A stretch of DNA of 32,000 nt from assembly GCF_000011805.1 (NCBI RefSeq), contig NC_006840.2; one strand, given 5' to 3'. The number at the start of each line of letters is the position of its first letter. The first letter of the stretch is position 1. A program made the translations under genes and the position numbers. This DNA is from Aliivibrio fischeri ES114 (GTDB lineage Bacteria; Pseudomonadota; Gammaproteobacteria; Enterobacterales; Vibrionaceae). Shown here piece after piece: positions 23,248-32,000 of the stretch. The notes beneath the pieces were generated by a model. The model was given only the letters and a program-made list of their open reading frames with translations, was not told the DNA's origin and did no database searches.

Positions 23248-24381
23248 ATGATTAAGAAAATATCGCTTGCCGTATCAGCTGCACTACTCTTTTCAAGCAC
23301 TGCAATGGCTGCAGATAATATCGTTATCGGCGTAGAAAAAAGCTATGTTCCTTACTTCACTGAATTAGCTGAGCAGTTCAACAAAGGTAAAGACTTTAAA
23401 GTAGAAGTTGCTGCAACAAGTATGTTCGATTTACTGGCAGCACTACCAACGCAAAAAGGCAATATTGCTGATATTTTCATGATCCCAAATGACCGTATCG
23501 GTGAGCTTGCGGACCAACATTTGATCACTCCAGCTAACTTTACTATCAATGGCTTTACTAAAGCAGCGACGGATGCTGCAACGTATAACGGTCAAACGTA
23601 CATGCTACCAATGTCGACAGATACGACTCTGTTCCTTTACAACAAAGACATGGTGACTGAAGTACCAAAAACATTAAAAGAAATTCCGCCATCAGAATGG
23701 GCTGCTAAGTTCACAGACTTCTACTTCACTGGTGGTCTATTCATGACTAACGGTGGTTACATTTTCCAAGACAATAACCCTGAAAATATTGGTCTGAACA
23801 ACGAAGGCTCAATTAAAGCTGGCCTTGCAGCTCAAAGCCTTTACAAGAGTGGCGTAGGCCACTGGACACTAATGCAAGATGACACGGTTGCTTATGACAT
23901 CATGATGAAATACTTCATGGAAGGTAAGCTAAAAGCCATCATCAATGGTCCTTGGGCAATTGCTGATATTGAAAAATCAGGGGTAAACGTTGGTGCGGCT
24001 CCAATTCCTAGCTGGGATGGCAGTCATCCATACAAAGCCCTTACTGGCACAAAAGGCATGACCATTAACGGTTACAGCAGCAACAAAGAAGGTGCAAATG
24101 CCTTCATTAAGTTTATGGCAACACCAGAAAATGCACAAAAATGGTACTCAATGACTCGTGAAGTATCACCTAGCCTTTCTGTTACGTACGAAGAAGGCTC
24201 ACTGCATAAAGCCATTTTCGATGCAACGAACATTGGTCAACCTATGCCAAGCATTCCTGAGTTCATGAAAGTATGGGGCCCGATGAAAACGGCTCTAGCT
24301 CAAATCGCTCAAGGTCAAGATACCAAAGCAGTACTTGATGCCGCAGTTGAGACAATCGAAATCGACATTGAAGATATGTAA
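23248..24381 (+). CDS. Maltose/maltodextrin ABC transporter substrate-binding protein (MalE/MdxE/CycB-like)
   Basis: The ATG at 23248 follows AGGAG. The signal peptide is MIKKISLAVSAALLFSSTAMA. It has family-1 SBP character and sits upstream of MalF/G/K-like genes. Confidence 0.8.
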   Translation: MIKKISLAVSAALLFSSTAMAADNIVIGVEKSYVPYFTELAEQFNKGKDFKVEVAATSMFDLLAALPTQKGNIADIFMIPNDRIGELADQHLITPANFTINGFTKAATDAATYNGQTYMLPMSTDTTLFLYNKDMVTEVPKTLKEIPPSEWAAKFTDFYFTGGLFMTNGGYIFQDNNPENIGLNNEGSIKAGLAAQSLYKSGVGHWTLMQDDTVAYDIMMKYFMEGKLKAIINGPWAIADIEKSGVNVGAAPIPSWDGSHPYKALTGTKGMTINGYSSNKEGANAFIKFMATPENAQKWYSMTREVSPSLSVTYEEGSLHKAIFDATNIGQPMPSIPEFMKVWGPMKTALAQIAQGQDTKAVLDAAVETIEIDIEDM

Positions 24382-24493
24382 TTCACTCTTTTCAACGTAC
24401 CAACCTCAACGGTGTCCCTATTAAATTAGGGCATCGTTGTCCTCTAAATCCGTTACATATCTACACTAACTTAATAAAAAAGTAGGTTATAAC

Positions 24494-25792
24494 ATGAGTC
24501 AACAGTTTGTTTTCTGGCTCTCTATGGCAATCCCAGGCAGTGGACACCTTCTACTGCGTCGTATGCGCGAAGCCGTATTTGGTTTCTCGATGCTGGCCTT
24601 AGAGATATTGGTTTATATTCAATTTATTCTACCTAATTTCCGTCTATTAGCTGTTGAGCAGCCTAATGGAAAAATCACAATTGGTGCTGAGCGCTTTGTT
24701 GACGACTCTTTCCTTATTATGGTCGGTTCAACCATTGGCGCTTTAATGCTATTGGTCTTTTTAGCTCTACACTATGCGTTTGCTCGTGATGCAAAAGATG
24801 TGAAGCGCCAAATAGAAGAGTCTGGTTTTGCGATTACCTTTACAGAAAAGGTTCGTGGTTTATCGCACGAAATCGTTCCTAATTTAATTACAGCACCTAA
24901 ATTTATTCTTCTGTTCATCTTTGCCTTACTACCTGCAATTGTGTCGATAGTGGTAGCTTTCACCAACTATAAACGCCCGATTTTACCTCCAGCGTTTTTA
25001 ATTGAATGGAAAGGATTAACCAACTTCGAGCGTCTATTTACCAGTGAACGAACAGCAGCAGCGTTTCAGGAAACATTAACTTGGACACTGACGTGGACTT
25101 TCTGTGCTTCAGCATTAACCATCATCTTAGGTACTTTGCTGGCTGTTGTGGCAAACAATAAACACATTCGTGGTAAAAAGTTTTTCCGCACCGTTTACAT
25201 TTTACCTTGGGCTGTTCCTGCGTTTTTAACCATCTTAGTTTTCCAACTCTTTTTCTCAAAAGTGGGTGGAATGAATACCATGGTGATCCCTTTCTTTACG
25301 GGTAATGAATATGACATTAGTACCGCTATTGGGTTCTTCCTTAATGCGGACTACGCCAAAATCACCATTATTTTGATTCAAGCATGGTTGGGATTCCCAT
25401 ACGTGTTTATTTTAGTAACGGGCGTACTACAAACCATCCCAGATGATCTTTATGAAGCCAGTGGCATTGATGGTGGTAACGCTTGGACTAACTTCTTTGA
25501 TATTACTCTGCCATTGATTTTAATCAGTGTTGCTCCGGTATTCATCACTCAGTTCACCTTCAACTTTAACAACGTCACCATTGTTTACATGCTAGGTGAA
25601 GCAACGGTTCAAACCGTCGGCTCTATCTACAAACCATTGGATACCATTTCATCTCTTGGTTTCCGCTTAATGATGGATGCGAAATACAACGAAGCGGCAG
25701 TTTACACCTTGATTACCAGTACGGTTGTGGGTGCGGTCGTTCTGTATTCATGGCTAAAAGCGGGCGCATTTAAAAATGAGGAAGTGATGTAA
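24494..25792 (+). CDS. Maltodextrin ABC permease (MalF/MdxF-like)
   Basis: A multi-pass membrane protein with the EAA-loop YEASGIDGGNAWTNFFDITLPL. Confidence 0.85.
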   Translation: MSQQFVFWLSMAIPGSGHLLLRRMREAVFGFSMLALEILVYIQFILPNFRLLAVEQPNGKITIGAERFVDDSFLIMVGSTIGALMLLVFLALHYAFARDAKDVKRQIEESGFAITFTEKVRGLSHEIVPNLITAPKFILLFIFALLPAIVSIVVAFTNYKRPILPPAFLIEWKGLTNFERLFTSERTAAAFQETLTWTLTWTFCASALTIILGTLLAVVANNKHIRGKKFFRTVYILPWAVPAFLTILVFQLFFSKVGGMNTMVIPFFTGNEYDISTAIGFFLNADYAKITIILIQAWLGFPYVFILVTGVLQTIPDDLYEASGIDGGNAWTNFFDITLPLILISVAPVFITQFTFNFNNVTIVYMLGEATVQTVGSIYKPLDTISSLGFRLMMDAKYNEAAVYTLITSTVVGAVVLYSWLKAGAFKNEEVM

Positions 25793-26706
25793 TGGATAAG
25801 GCAATCAATCTTAATCATCAAACAAAAGCAACTAAGTTCAATCGCCATGTCCTCACAAAAAACCTAGGGCTATTCTTTAGCTATGCGTTTTTAATTTCGA
25901 TGGTGATCGTCATTATTTACCCTATTTTGGTTACGTTAATGAGTGCATTTAACGTCAGTAACTCACTCTATTCAACCTCATTTTTTCCTGAAAACTTCAG
26001 CTTAACGGAAAACTTTGTTTCGCTATTTACGGATATTCCTTACTTAAGTTGGTATCGAAATACCTTCTTAGTATCGATTATAACGATGGTGCTTTCTACC
26101 GCAATTGTAACCGTGTCTGGCTTTGTTTATTCACGCTACCGTTACCAATCACGTAAAAGTGCATTGATGTCACTATTGATCATTCAAATCATCCCATCGG
26201 GTAGTGGTTTGATCGCGCTTTACGCTATTGCAAGTTCAATTGGGATCTACAGCTCTGAGAATGCCACATTATATACCTACATCTTTATGATCCTTATCTA
26301 CACCACAGGTGGGATAACCATGAACACCATTTTGATGAAAGGTTACTACGATTCCATTCCTCGAGCTTTGGATGAATCAGCAAAAATTGATGGCGCAACA
26401 CAAATGCAGATCTTCACAGAGATTCTACTGCCGTTAGTAAAACCGATGATCATGGTTATTGCGATTTTCTGTTTCTTAGGCCCGATTGGCGACATCATCA
26501 TGCCGAAATTCCTGATCGCAAGTATGAGTGCAGAAGCGAAAACATTGGCCGTTGGTCTCATGGGGCTTATCAACAATATTAAAGAATCAAGCTACAACGT
26601 GTTTGCTGCAGGGGCGGTCTTGGCTGCAATTCCTCCTGTAGTTGTATTTTATAAATTTCAAGATTATATCGTGGGCGGCTTAACGTCTGGTGGAGTAAAA
26701 GGATAA
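25792..26706 (+). CDS. Maltodextrin ABC permease (MalG/MdxG-like)
   Basis: Six hydrophobic segments and the EAA-loop DESAKIDGATQMQIFTEILLPL. It is start/stop coupled to its neighbours. Confidence 0.85.
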   Translation: MDKAINLNHQTKATKFNRHVLTKNLGLFFSYAFLISMVIVIIYPILVTLMSAFNVSNSLYSTSFFPENFSLTENFVSLFTDIPYLSWYRNTFLVSIITMVLSTAIVTVSGFVYSRYRYQSRKSALMSLLIIQIIPSGSGLIALYAIASSIGIYSSENATLYTYIFMILIYTTGGITMNTILMKGYYDSIPRALDESAKIDGATQMQIFTEILLPLVKPMIMVIAIFCFLGPIGDIIMPKFLIASMSAEAKTLAVGLMGLINNIKESSYNVFAAGAVLAAIPPVVVFYKFQDYIVGGLTSGGVKG

Positions 26707-27842
26707 TGAGCAAGATTTCACTAAGAAACATCAATAAAAAATACCCTAATTCTGATACCTACTCAGTAAGTAACTTCAACATCGATATTGAAGAAGGTGA
26801 GTTTATTGTACTTGTTGGCCCATCGGGGTGCGGTAAGTCCACCACGCTTCGTATGATTGCAGGGTTAGAAGATATTACCGAAGGCGAATTCATCATTGAT
26901 GGCAAAGTCGTTAACAGCGTAAGCTCTAAAGATCGTGATATTGCGATGGTATTCCAAAGCTATGCACTCTACCCACACATGTCTGTTCGCGACAACATTG
27001 GTTATGGATTAAAACTGCGTAACTACCCAGCAAGTGAGATTAAAGATCACGTTGATAATATTTCAAAAGATCTGTTCTTAACAGAATATCTAGAACGCAA
27101 ACCCAAAGAGCTGTCAGGTGGTCAACGTCAACGTGTTGCCCTTGGTCGTGCCATGGTTCGTACTCCAAAATTGTATCTAATGGATGAGCCGTTAAGTAAC
27201 TTGGACGCCAAACTTCGTACTACCACTCGTACTGAGATTTCACGTATGCATCGTGATAAAGGTGCGATCACCATTTACGTAACACATGACCAAGTTGAAG
27301 CAATGACAATGGCTGATCGCATTGTATTAATGTCGATGGGCGAAGTTCAGCAAATTGGTACGCCAAAAGAGTTGTTTACTAACCCTAAAAATAGCTTCGT
27401 TGCGACCTTTATGGGCATGCCTTCAATGAACATTATTGAAGGGGTTTACGAGGGCGGTCAGTTCACTTGTCACTCTTTCACCATCACATTAAGTGAAGAA
27501 GACCAACGCATATTAAATAACGCTGGTTACAACGGTAAATCTGTCTGCTTGGGCGCACGCTCTAGTGCGATTCGTTCAGGCAAGAAATACGAAGAAGCCT
27601 TCCCTGATTGCTGCTTTGAAACCACGGCATTAAACAGCGAATATCTAGGTGATAGCGTCAATGTTTTCTTCGATGCGGCACCAATGAATATGTTTGCTGG
27701 TACTTTGGGTACGGGTGAACCTGACGTTGAGATTGATGAAAAAATCACGTTAGTTATCGATAACACCAAACTTCACTTTTTTGATAGTGACACTCAAGAG
27801 TCGATTAAGTACCCAATCAAAGTGGCTGAGTTCCAAAAATAA
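26706..27842 (+). CDS. Sugar ABC transporter ATPase (MalK/MsmX-like)
   Basis: Walker A GPSGCGKST, signature LSGGQRQRVALGRA, Walker B LYLMDEPLSNLD and H-loop VTHDQVEA, plus a C-terminal regulatory-type domain. Confidence 0.92.
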   Translation: MSKISLRNINKKYPNSDTYSVSNFNIDIEEGEFIVLVGPSGCGKSTTLRMIAGLEDITEGEFIIDGKVVNSVSSKDRDIAMVFQSYALYPHMSVRDNIGYGLKLRNYPASEIKDHVDNISKDLFLTEYLERKPKELSGGQRQRVALGRAMVRTPKLYLMDEPLSNLDAKLRTTTRTEISRMHRDKGAITIYVTHDQVEAMTMADRIVLMSMGEVQQIGTPKELFTNPKNSFVATFMGMPSMNIIEGVYEGGQFTCHSFTITLSEEDQRILNNAGYNGKSVCLGARSSAIRSGKKYEEAFPDCCFETTALNSEYLGDSVNVFFDAAPMNMFAGTLGTGEPDVEIDEKITLVIDNTKLHFFDSDTQESIKYPIKVAEFQK

Positions 27843-27856
27843 TGGATCCCATAACC

Positions 27857-27894
27857 CTTCCCTCTTGCGTCACATTACGACGTAGTGAGGGAAG
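27857..27894 (+). terminator. Stem-loop after the ATPase gene (possible weak terminator or mRNA stabiliser)
   Basis: cttccctc ... gagggaag with an inner cgtc/gacg pairing and only a short T-rich tail. Confidence 0.3.
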
Positions 27895-27933
27895 TTCTTC
27901 ACAAATTTCGCCTTAACAAAAAGGAGGCATACC

Positions 27934-28557
27934 TTGATTTTTCGCGGACAACTTCAACGCATTCACGACTACATGTTTCATATTGCGGTTGCCATCGTTA
28001 TTTTTATTTCGGGGTTTATTATCGCCTATAGCAATCTGCCAAAACCTTCGTTTGAATTCAGCACCTTTGTTGAACAACAAGAAAAATTCAAACAATGTGT
28101 AAACAATGAGGCGCTTTTTCTTTCTGCTAAAGGGTTTGAAAATAGCTATGCAACCCTTTCGCTCGAATCCATTCAAAACCAATTTAAAGCACTGCGTGAT
28201 CAGATCCCAAGTGACTGTGGATCATTTCATGTAGAAAGCAGCTATGAACAACTTGAAGAGATGGCCTTACCAGTATTAGCAGAAGCACAACGCTTTTATG
28301 GTTCAAAAGAGGTCAAAGCGGTCAATGCCGTTTACACCACGCCATCTCAATACAATGCATTACTTGAACAGCCACAACCGTATTTATTTTTTATTTCAGA
28401 TAAGCACCAAGAACGCATTGTCGCTATGAAGGTAACACCAACCAAAGAGAGCCTTCACATCACACCTCTTTGGGAATATGAACAGAGCCAAGATCTCGCG
28501 TATACCCAAGGTGAAGTACAAAAGTTATTACTCGTTTACAACGAAATTAAAAGCTAA
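27934..28557 (+). CDS. Membrane-anchored protein of unknown function (207 aa) within the maltodextrin cluster
   Basis: A TTG start lies 6 nt after a strong AAGGAGG RBS (27921..27927). It has one N-terminal TM (FHIAVAIVIFISGFIIAY). Confidence 0.6.
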   Translation: MIFRGQLQRIHDYMFHIAVAIVIFISGFIIAYSNLPKPSFEFSTFVEQQEKFKQCVNNEALFLSAKGFENSYATLSLESIQNQFKALRDQIPSDCGSFHVESSYEQLEEMALPVLAEAQRFYGSKEVKAVNAVYTTPSQYNALLEQPQPYLFFISDKHQERIVAMKVTPTKESLHITPLWEYEQSQDLAYTQGEVQKLLLVYNEIKS

Positions 28558-28646
28558 CACCAATCGCTATTTAACTTATTGGCCTATCATAGGCCAAAAA
28601 GGCACAAGCTAGCCGATTAGGTATTTTTTGTCATAAAGGATTTCAC

Positions 28647-30614
28647 ATGAAAATCTCTCTTTCTAAAGCTAACTTTCGCGATATGAATCGCCTTGAAGAA
28701 TCAAATTACTTACTAACCAACGGGTTAGGCGGTTATTCATCATTAACTCTTGCTGGTTCTTGTAGCCGAAATGATCACGCGCTATTTATGGGAAGCCTAG
28801 TGGCTCCTAATAGTCGTTTTTGTTTTGTTCGCCATTTAGATGATCGCCTTACACTGGCAAATGGCACATCACACCCACTCTCTTCTCAAGCAAAAGTGAA
28901 CCCATACGATACAGTTGATTCATCCCTTTTATTTGAAAATTTTAGCCAGACTTACTTACCTCAATACACCTATCGTATCGATGGTATTGAAATCACAAAG
29001 ACCATCGTGATGGCGCAAGGCGTGAACCGCTTAGGGGTTGAATACCGTGTATTTAATCCGTTAAAACACCCATTCACTTTAGATATCACGCCGAAATATC
29101 ACTTCTGTGCGAAAGGTGAGGCATTATCAAAAGAACAAGCTTTCATTCATCAAGAAGGCAAAGTAAGCAGTAACGGACAAACACTGCATTACCGTCATAA
29201 CGGTTCAAATACAGCCCTATCAGCACCAAGCTATGAGTCAGGGTTGTATTTCTCTTATGACGCTCGAGACGGACGTTCGGCAAGCGATGCTCAAGTGGCG
29301 CTGCATACCATTACCTTTGATGGTACAGAGAGTAACGAATCCTTTTTTGTTATCTTCGAGGCAGAAGAAGAACGAGCGCATTACTTAGCACCAAGCTCTA
29401 TTGAAACCATGATCAATGATGAAGTTCAACGTCAGCAAGCGTGTATTACACAATCAGGTCTAAAGAGTACGTTTGCTCAGCAATTGGTTCGAGCGAGTGA
29501 TCAATTTGTCGTAATGCGTGATTCAACCGAATCGAAATCCATCATTGCTGGCTACCCATTCTTTGCCGATTGGGGACGCGATACCATGATTGCACTTTGG
29601 GGATGTAATTTATCCACCAACCAATTTGAAGATGCAAAACAAATATTCAGAACCTTCATCCGTTATGAGCATAAAGGGATCTTACCCAACTTATTCCCTG
29701 AAGCGGGTGTCGAGCCTATGTACAACACCATTGATGCCGCTCTTTTATTTGTGGTGAGCCTGTATGAATATTACCAAGCCAGTAACGATCTCGATTTTAT
29801 TCGTGATGAAGCTTACGACTGCATGGTGAATATTTATCAGCATTATCGCAATGGCACCGATTTCGATATCAAAATGCTAGATAACGGCTTAATTAGCGGT
29901 GGCAGTGGTTTGGATCAACTGACATGGATGGACGTTCGTTATGGCGATATTCTTCCAACGCCTCGCCAAGGTTGCGCCGTTGAGATCAATGCACTTTGGT
30001 ATAACGCGTTATCTATTCTGCATTTCTTTAACCAAAAGTTAGGGAAATCAATGCCAGAATTACCAGCTCTGACTGAGCAAGTAAAAGAAACATTTAATCA
30101 CGCTTTCTATAATGATAAAGGCTATTTAAACGATTGGATTAAAGGTGAGGAAGTGAACCAACAAATTCGTCCAAACCAAGCTTATGCTGTTGGTCTTCCT
30201 TTCCCTATTTTAAGTGAAGAAAAAGCGCGTTCGGTTATTTTAAATATCTACCAGCACCTTTATACCCCGCTGGGTTTACGCTCTTTAGCGATGCAAGATC
30301 CCGAGTTTAAATCGGTACATACTGGGTCTCATTATGATCGTGATATGGCTTACCACCAAGGTACCGTCTGGGGCTTTATGATTGGTCAGTTCCTGATGGG
30401 TATTTTACGTCACTTCCCTAATGACGCGTCACTCATGCACATTGTCGAGCAGTTCATTTCTCATAACCAAGATGCGCTATCTGAAGGGTGTATTGGTCAA
30501 TTAGCTGAAATTTATGATGGTTATTCACCTAACCAATCTCGTGGCTGTTTTGCTCAAGCTTGGAGCGTCAGCGAAGTGTTACGTGTTCTTAAACATTATG
30601 AAGAACGTATCTAA
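28647..30614 (+). CDS. Glycogen-debranching-enzyme-type amylo-alpha-1,6-glucosidase (GDE_C family)
   Basis: The 655-aa product has IIAGYPFFADWGRDTMIAL, the family hallmark as I recall it. It has (alpha/alpha)6-type C-terminal sequence character and sits in a maltodextrin context. Confidence 0.7.
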   Translation: MKISLSKANFRDMNRLEESNYLLTNGLGGYSSLTLAGSCSRNDHALFMGSLVAPNSRFCFVRHLDDRLTLANGTSHPLSSQAKVNPYDTVDSSLLFENFSQTYLPQYTYRIDGIEITKTIVMAQGVNRLGVEYRVFNPLKHPFTLDITPKYHFCAKGEALSKEQAFIHQEGKVSSNGQTLHYRHNGSNTALSAPSYESGLYFSYDARDGRSASDAQVALHTITFDGTESNESFFVIFEAEEERAHYLAPSSIETMINDEVQRQQACITQSGLKSTFAQQLVRASDQFVVMRDSTESKSIIAGYPFFADWGRDTMIALWGCNLSTNQFEDAKQIFRTFIRYEHKGILPNLFPEAGVEPMYNTIDAALLFVVSLYEYYQASNDLDFIRDEAYDCMVNIYQHYRNGTDFDIKMLDNGLISGGSGLDQLTWMDVRYGDILPTPRQGCAVEINALWYNALSILHFFNQKLGKSMPELPALTEQVKETFNHAFYNDKGYLNDWIKGEEVNQQIRPNQAYAVGLPFPILSEEKARSVILNIYQHLYTPLGLRSLAMQDPEFKSVHTGSHYDRDMAYHQGTVWGFMIGQFLMGILRHFPNDASLMHIVEQFISHNQDALSEGCIGQLAEIYDGYSPNQSRGCFAQAWSVSEVLRVLKHYEERI

Positions 30615-30647
30615 CCATTACGAACTTAACGCTAAACGGTATTAATA

Positions 30648-32000
30648 ATGATTACAAAAGCAGCGATTTATCATCGATCTCACTCTAGTTATTCTTATGC
30701 ATATGATAAGGATACGCTTCATTTGCGAATTCGTACCGCAAAAGGAGAAGTAGACAATGCGACGCTAAGAATTGGCGACCCATACGATTGGACTTTTGGT
30801 GGCGGTGGCGGCAATTTAAATGCTGAAGACGCAAGCGGCTGGACAGGTGGAACCAACTTACCCATGATAAAAGAGTGTGAAACAGAACTGTTTGACTACT
30901 GGTTTTGTGAAGCACAACCTCGCTTTTATCGTGCACGTTACGCTTTCCTTCTTGAAGGCAAAGACAGTGAAAAATTACTGGTAAGCGAAAAACTCATCAC
31001 CCAAATAACCGATGACGCCGATCCAATACTCAGTCAATTACTGAATTTTTATTGCTTCCCATACATGAACCCAACTGATGTGTTTAACGCACCAGAATGG
31101 GTTAAAGAAACCATTTGGTATCAAATTTTCCCAGAGCGTTTTGCTAATGGTGACCCATCTATCTCACCAAAAAATGTACTGCCTTGGGGATCTGAAGATC
31201 CAAAAACCAACAGTTTCTTTGGTGGCGATTTACAAGGGGTTATTGATCATCTTGATTACCTGCAAGATCTCGGTATTACTGGTATTTATTTCACACCTAT
31301 CACTCAAGGTGAAACGAACCATAAATACGACACCACCGATTATTTAAAAGTAGACCCCGCTTTTGGTAGTGATGAAACGGTTCATACTTTAATAGATGAA
31401 GCACATAAACGTGGCATGAAAGTCATGCTAGATGCGGTATTTAATCATATCGGTGCTAATTCAATTCAGTGGCAAGATGTCATTAAACATGGAAAAGACT
31501 CTCAATACATCGATTGGTTTTATGTCGAGCAATTTCCACTGATTGATGAGTCAAAAAAAGCGTACCACAGTAAAGAGCAATTAAATTATCGTGCCTTTGC
31601 TTTTGCGCAAAACATGCCAAAACTCAATACAGAAAATCCAGAAGTGATTGAATACCTAATTGAAGTTGGCCGCTACTGGGTGAAAAACTTTGACATTGAT
31701 GCATGGCGTTTAGATGTAGCAAACGAAGTTGATCAACGTTTTTGGCGACGCTTCCGTGATGAACTAAAAGCCATCAAACCTGAGTTATATATTTTAGGTG
31801 AAGTGTGGCACGACTCAATGAACTGGCTAGGTGGTGATCAGTTTGATGGCGTAATGAATTACCCATTAGCGGATGCCATGTTAGGCTTTTTTGCCCATGA
31901 CAACCTAAGTGCAAATCAGTTTAAATTTGCGGTAAATGACGTTAATGCCAACTACCCTATTAACGTGAATGAAGTGGCCTTTTCATTACTTGATAGCCAC
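30648..32000 (+). CDS. GH13 neopullulanase / cyclomaltodextrinase / maltogenic amylase-like enzyme (5' partial, runs off the window)
   Basis: Hand translation is open from the ATG at 30648 to the window end (451 codons). GH13 regions are present: DAVFNH (I), DAWRLDVANEV (II), LGEVWH (III), LLDSH (IV). It is not in the ORF track because no stop lies in the window. Confidence 0.88.
   Translation, partial: MITKAAIYHRSHSSYSYAYDKDTLHLRIRTAKGEVDNATLRIGDPYDWTFGGGGGNLNAEDASGWTGGTNLPMIKECETELFDYWFCEAQPRFYRARYAFLLEGKDSEKLLVSEKLITQITDDADPILSQLLNFYCFPYMNPTDVFNAPEWVKETIWYQIFPERFANGDPSISPKNVLPWGSEDPKTNSFFGGDLQGVIDHLDYLQDLGITGIYFTPITQGETNHKYDTTDYLKVDPAFGSDETVHTLIDEAHKRGMKVMLDAVFNHIGANSIQWQDVIKHGKDSQYIDWFYVEQFPLIDESKKAYHSKEQLNYRAFAFAQNMPKLNTENPEVIEYLIEVGRYWVKNFDIDAWRLDVANEVDQRFWRRFRDELKAIKPELYILGEVWHDSMNWLGGDQFDGVMNYPLADAMLGFFAHDNLSANQFKFAVNDVNANYPINVNEVAFSLLDSH

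Noticed and set aside
24408-24437. Imperfect hairpin after the SBP gene as a terminator
   Set aside because: The stem has mismatches and no U-tract. At most it is an mRNA-stability element, and it is not supportable as a feature.
21760-27769. Minus-strand ORFs inside the MCP and ABC transporter genes (21760..21981, 23352..23549, 24772..24966, 26346..26576, 27527..27769)
   Set aside because: They are antisense to genes with unambiguous family motifs.
27913-28182. Track ORF 27913..28182 (-), 89 aa
   Set aside because: It is antisense to the 27934..28557 gene, which has a consensus SD. It has low-complexity K/F-rich content and no RBS.
28579-28597. Hairpin ttggcctatcataggccaa as a terminator after 27934..28557
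   Set aside because: It has a short 6-bp stem and is followed by an A-run rather than a T-run. On the other strand the T-run precedes the stem.
30685-31347. Track ORFs 30685..30936 (-) and 31078..31347 (+)
   Set aside because: Both lie inside the 30648..>32000 GH13 reading frame, which carries all four conserved GH13 regions. They are out-of-frame or antisense artefacts.
1-32000. CRISPR arrays, complete tRNA or rRNA genes, IS elements or transposases
   Set aside because: I saw no regularly spaced direct-repeat arrays and no full cloverleaf-sized tRNA candidates beyond the tmRNA fragment. I also saw no transposase-like ORFs or terminal inverted repeats while reading the window.

Overview
The window has two parts. 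Positions 1 to about 20993 are a temperate-phage-derived element. Its right end is a 27-nt copy of the 3' end of tmRNA (ssrA, ...GGGGTTCAAATCCCCCCAGCTCCACCA), followed by what looks like the native ssrA terminator. Positions 21.0-32.0 kb are ordinary chromosome: a methyl-accepting chemotaxis protein and a maltodextrin uptake and degradation cluster (SBP, two permeases, ATPase, unknown anchored protein, GDE-type debranching enzyme, and a GH13 neopullulanase-like gene that runs off the window). On the minus strand the phage part reads: Cro-like, small HTH, CII (186 type), about nine small early ORFs, P2 gpA-like HUH replication initiator, DnaQ-like exonuclease, two unknown genes, and an Ogr/Delta zinc-finger late activator. 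A 326-bp non-coding junction follows, then a Mu-order baseplate module (gp43 to gp48 equivalents), tail fibre and chaperone, and a lysis cassette (M15 endolysin, holin candidates, overlapped spanins). No capsid, terminase, sheath, tube or tape-measure genes are in the window. On the plus strand, an S24/LexA-like CI repressor and a tyrosine integrase are separated by a 2.9-kb A/T-rich five-gene accessory island. The main lead is inside that island: a translationally coupled trio of a GHKL (histidine-kinase-like) ATPase, a STAS-like DUF4325-type protein and a membrane protein, preceded by a zinc-ribbon protein and a tail-anchored coiled-coil protein. I do not recognise it as any named defence system. 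All family calls rest on motifs read by eye and on memory, with no searches run. The host looks Vibrionaceae-like (low GC, tmRNA tail), which is inference only.
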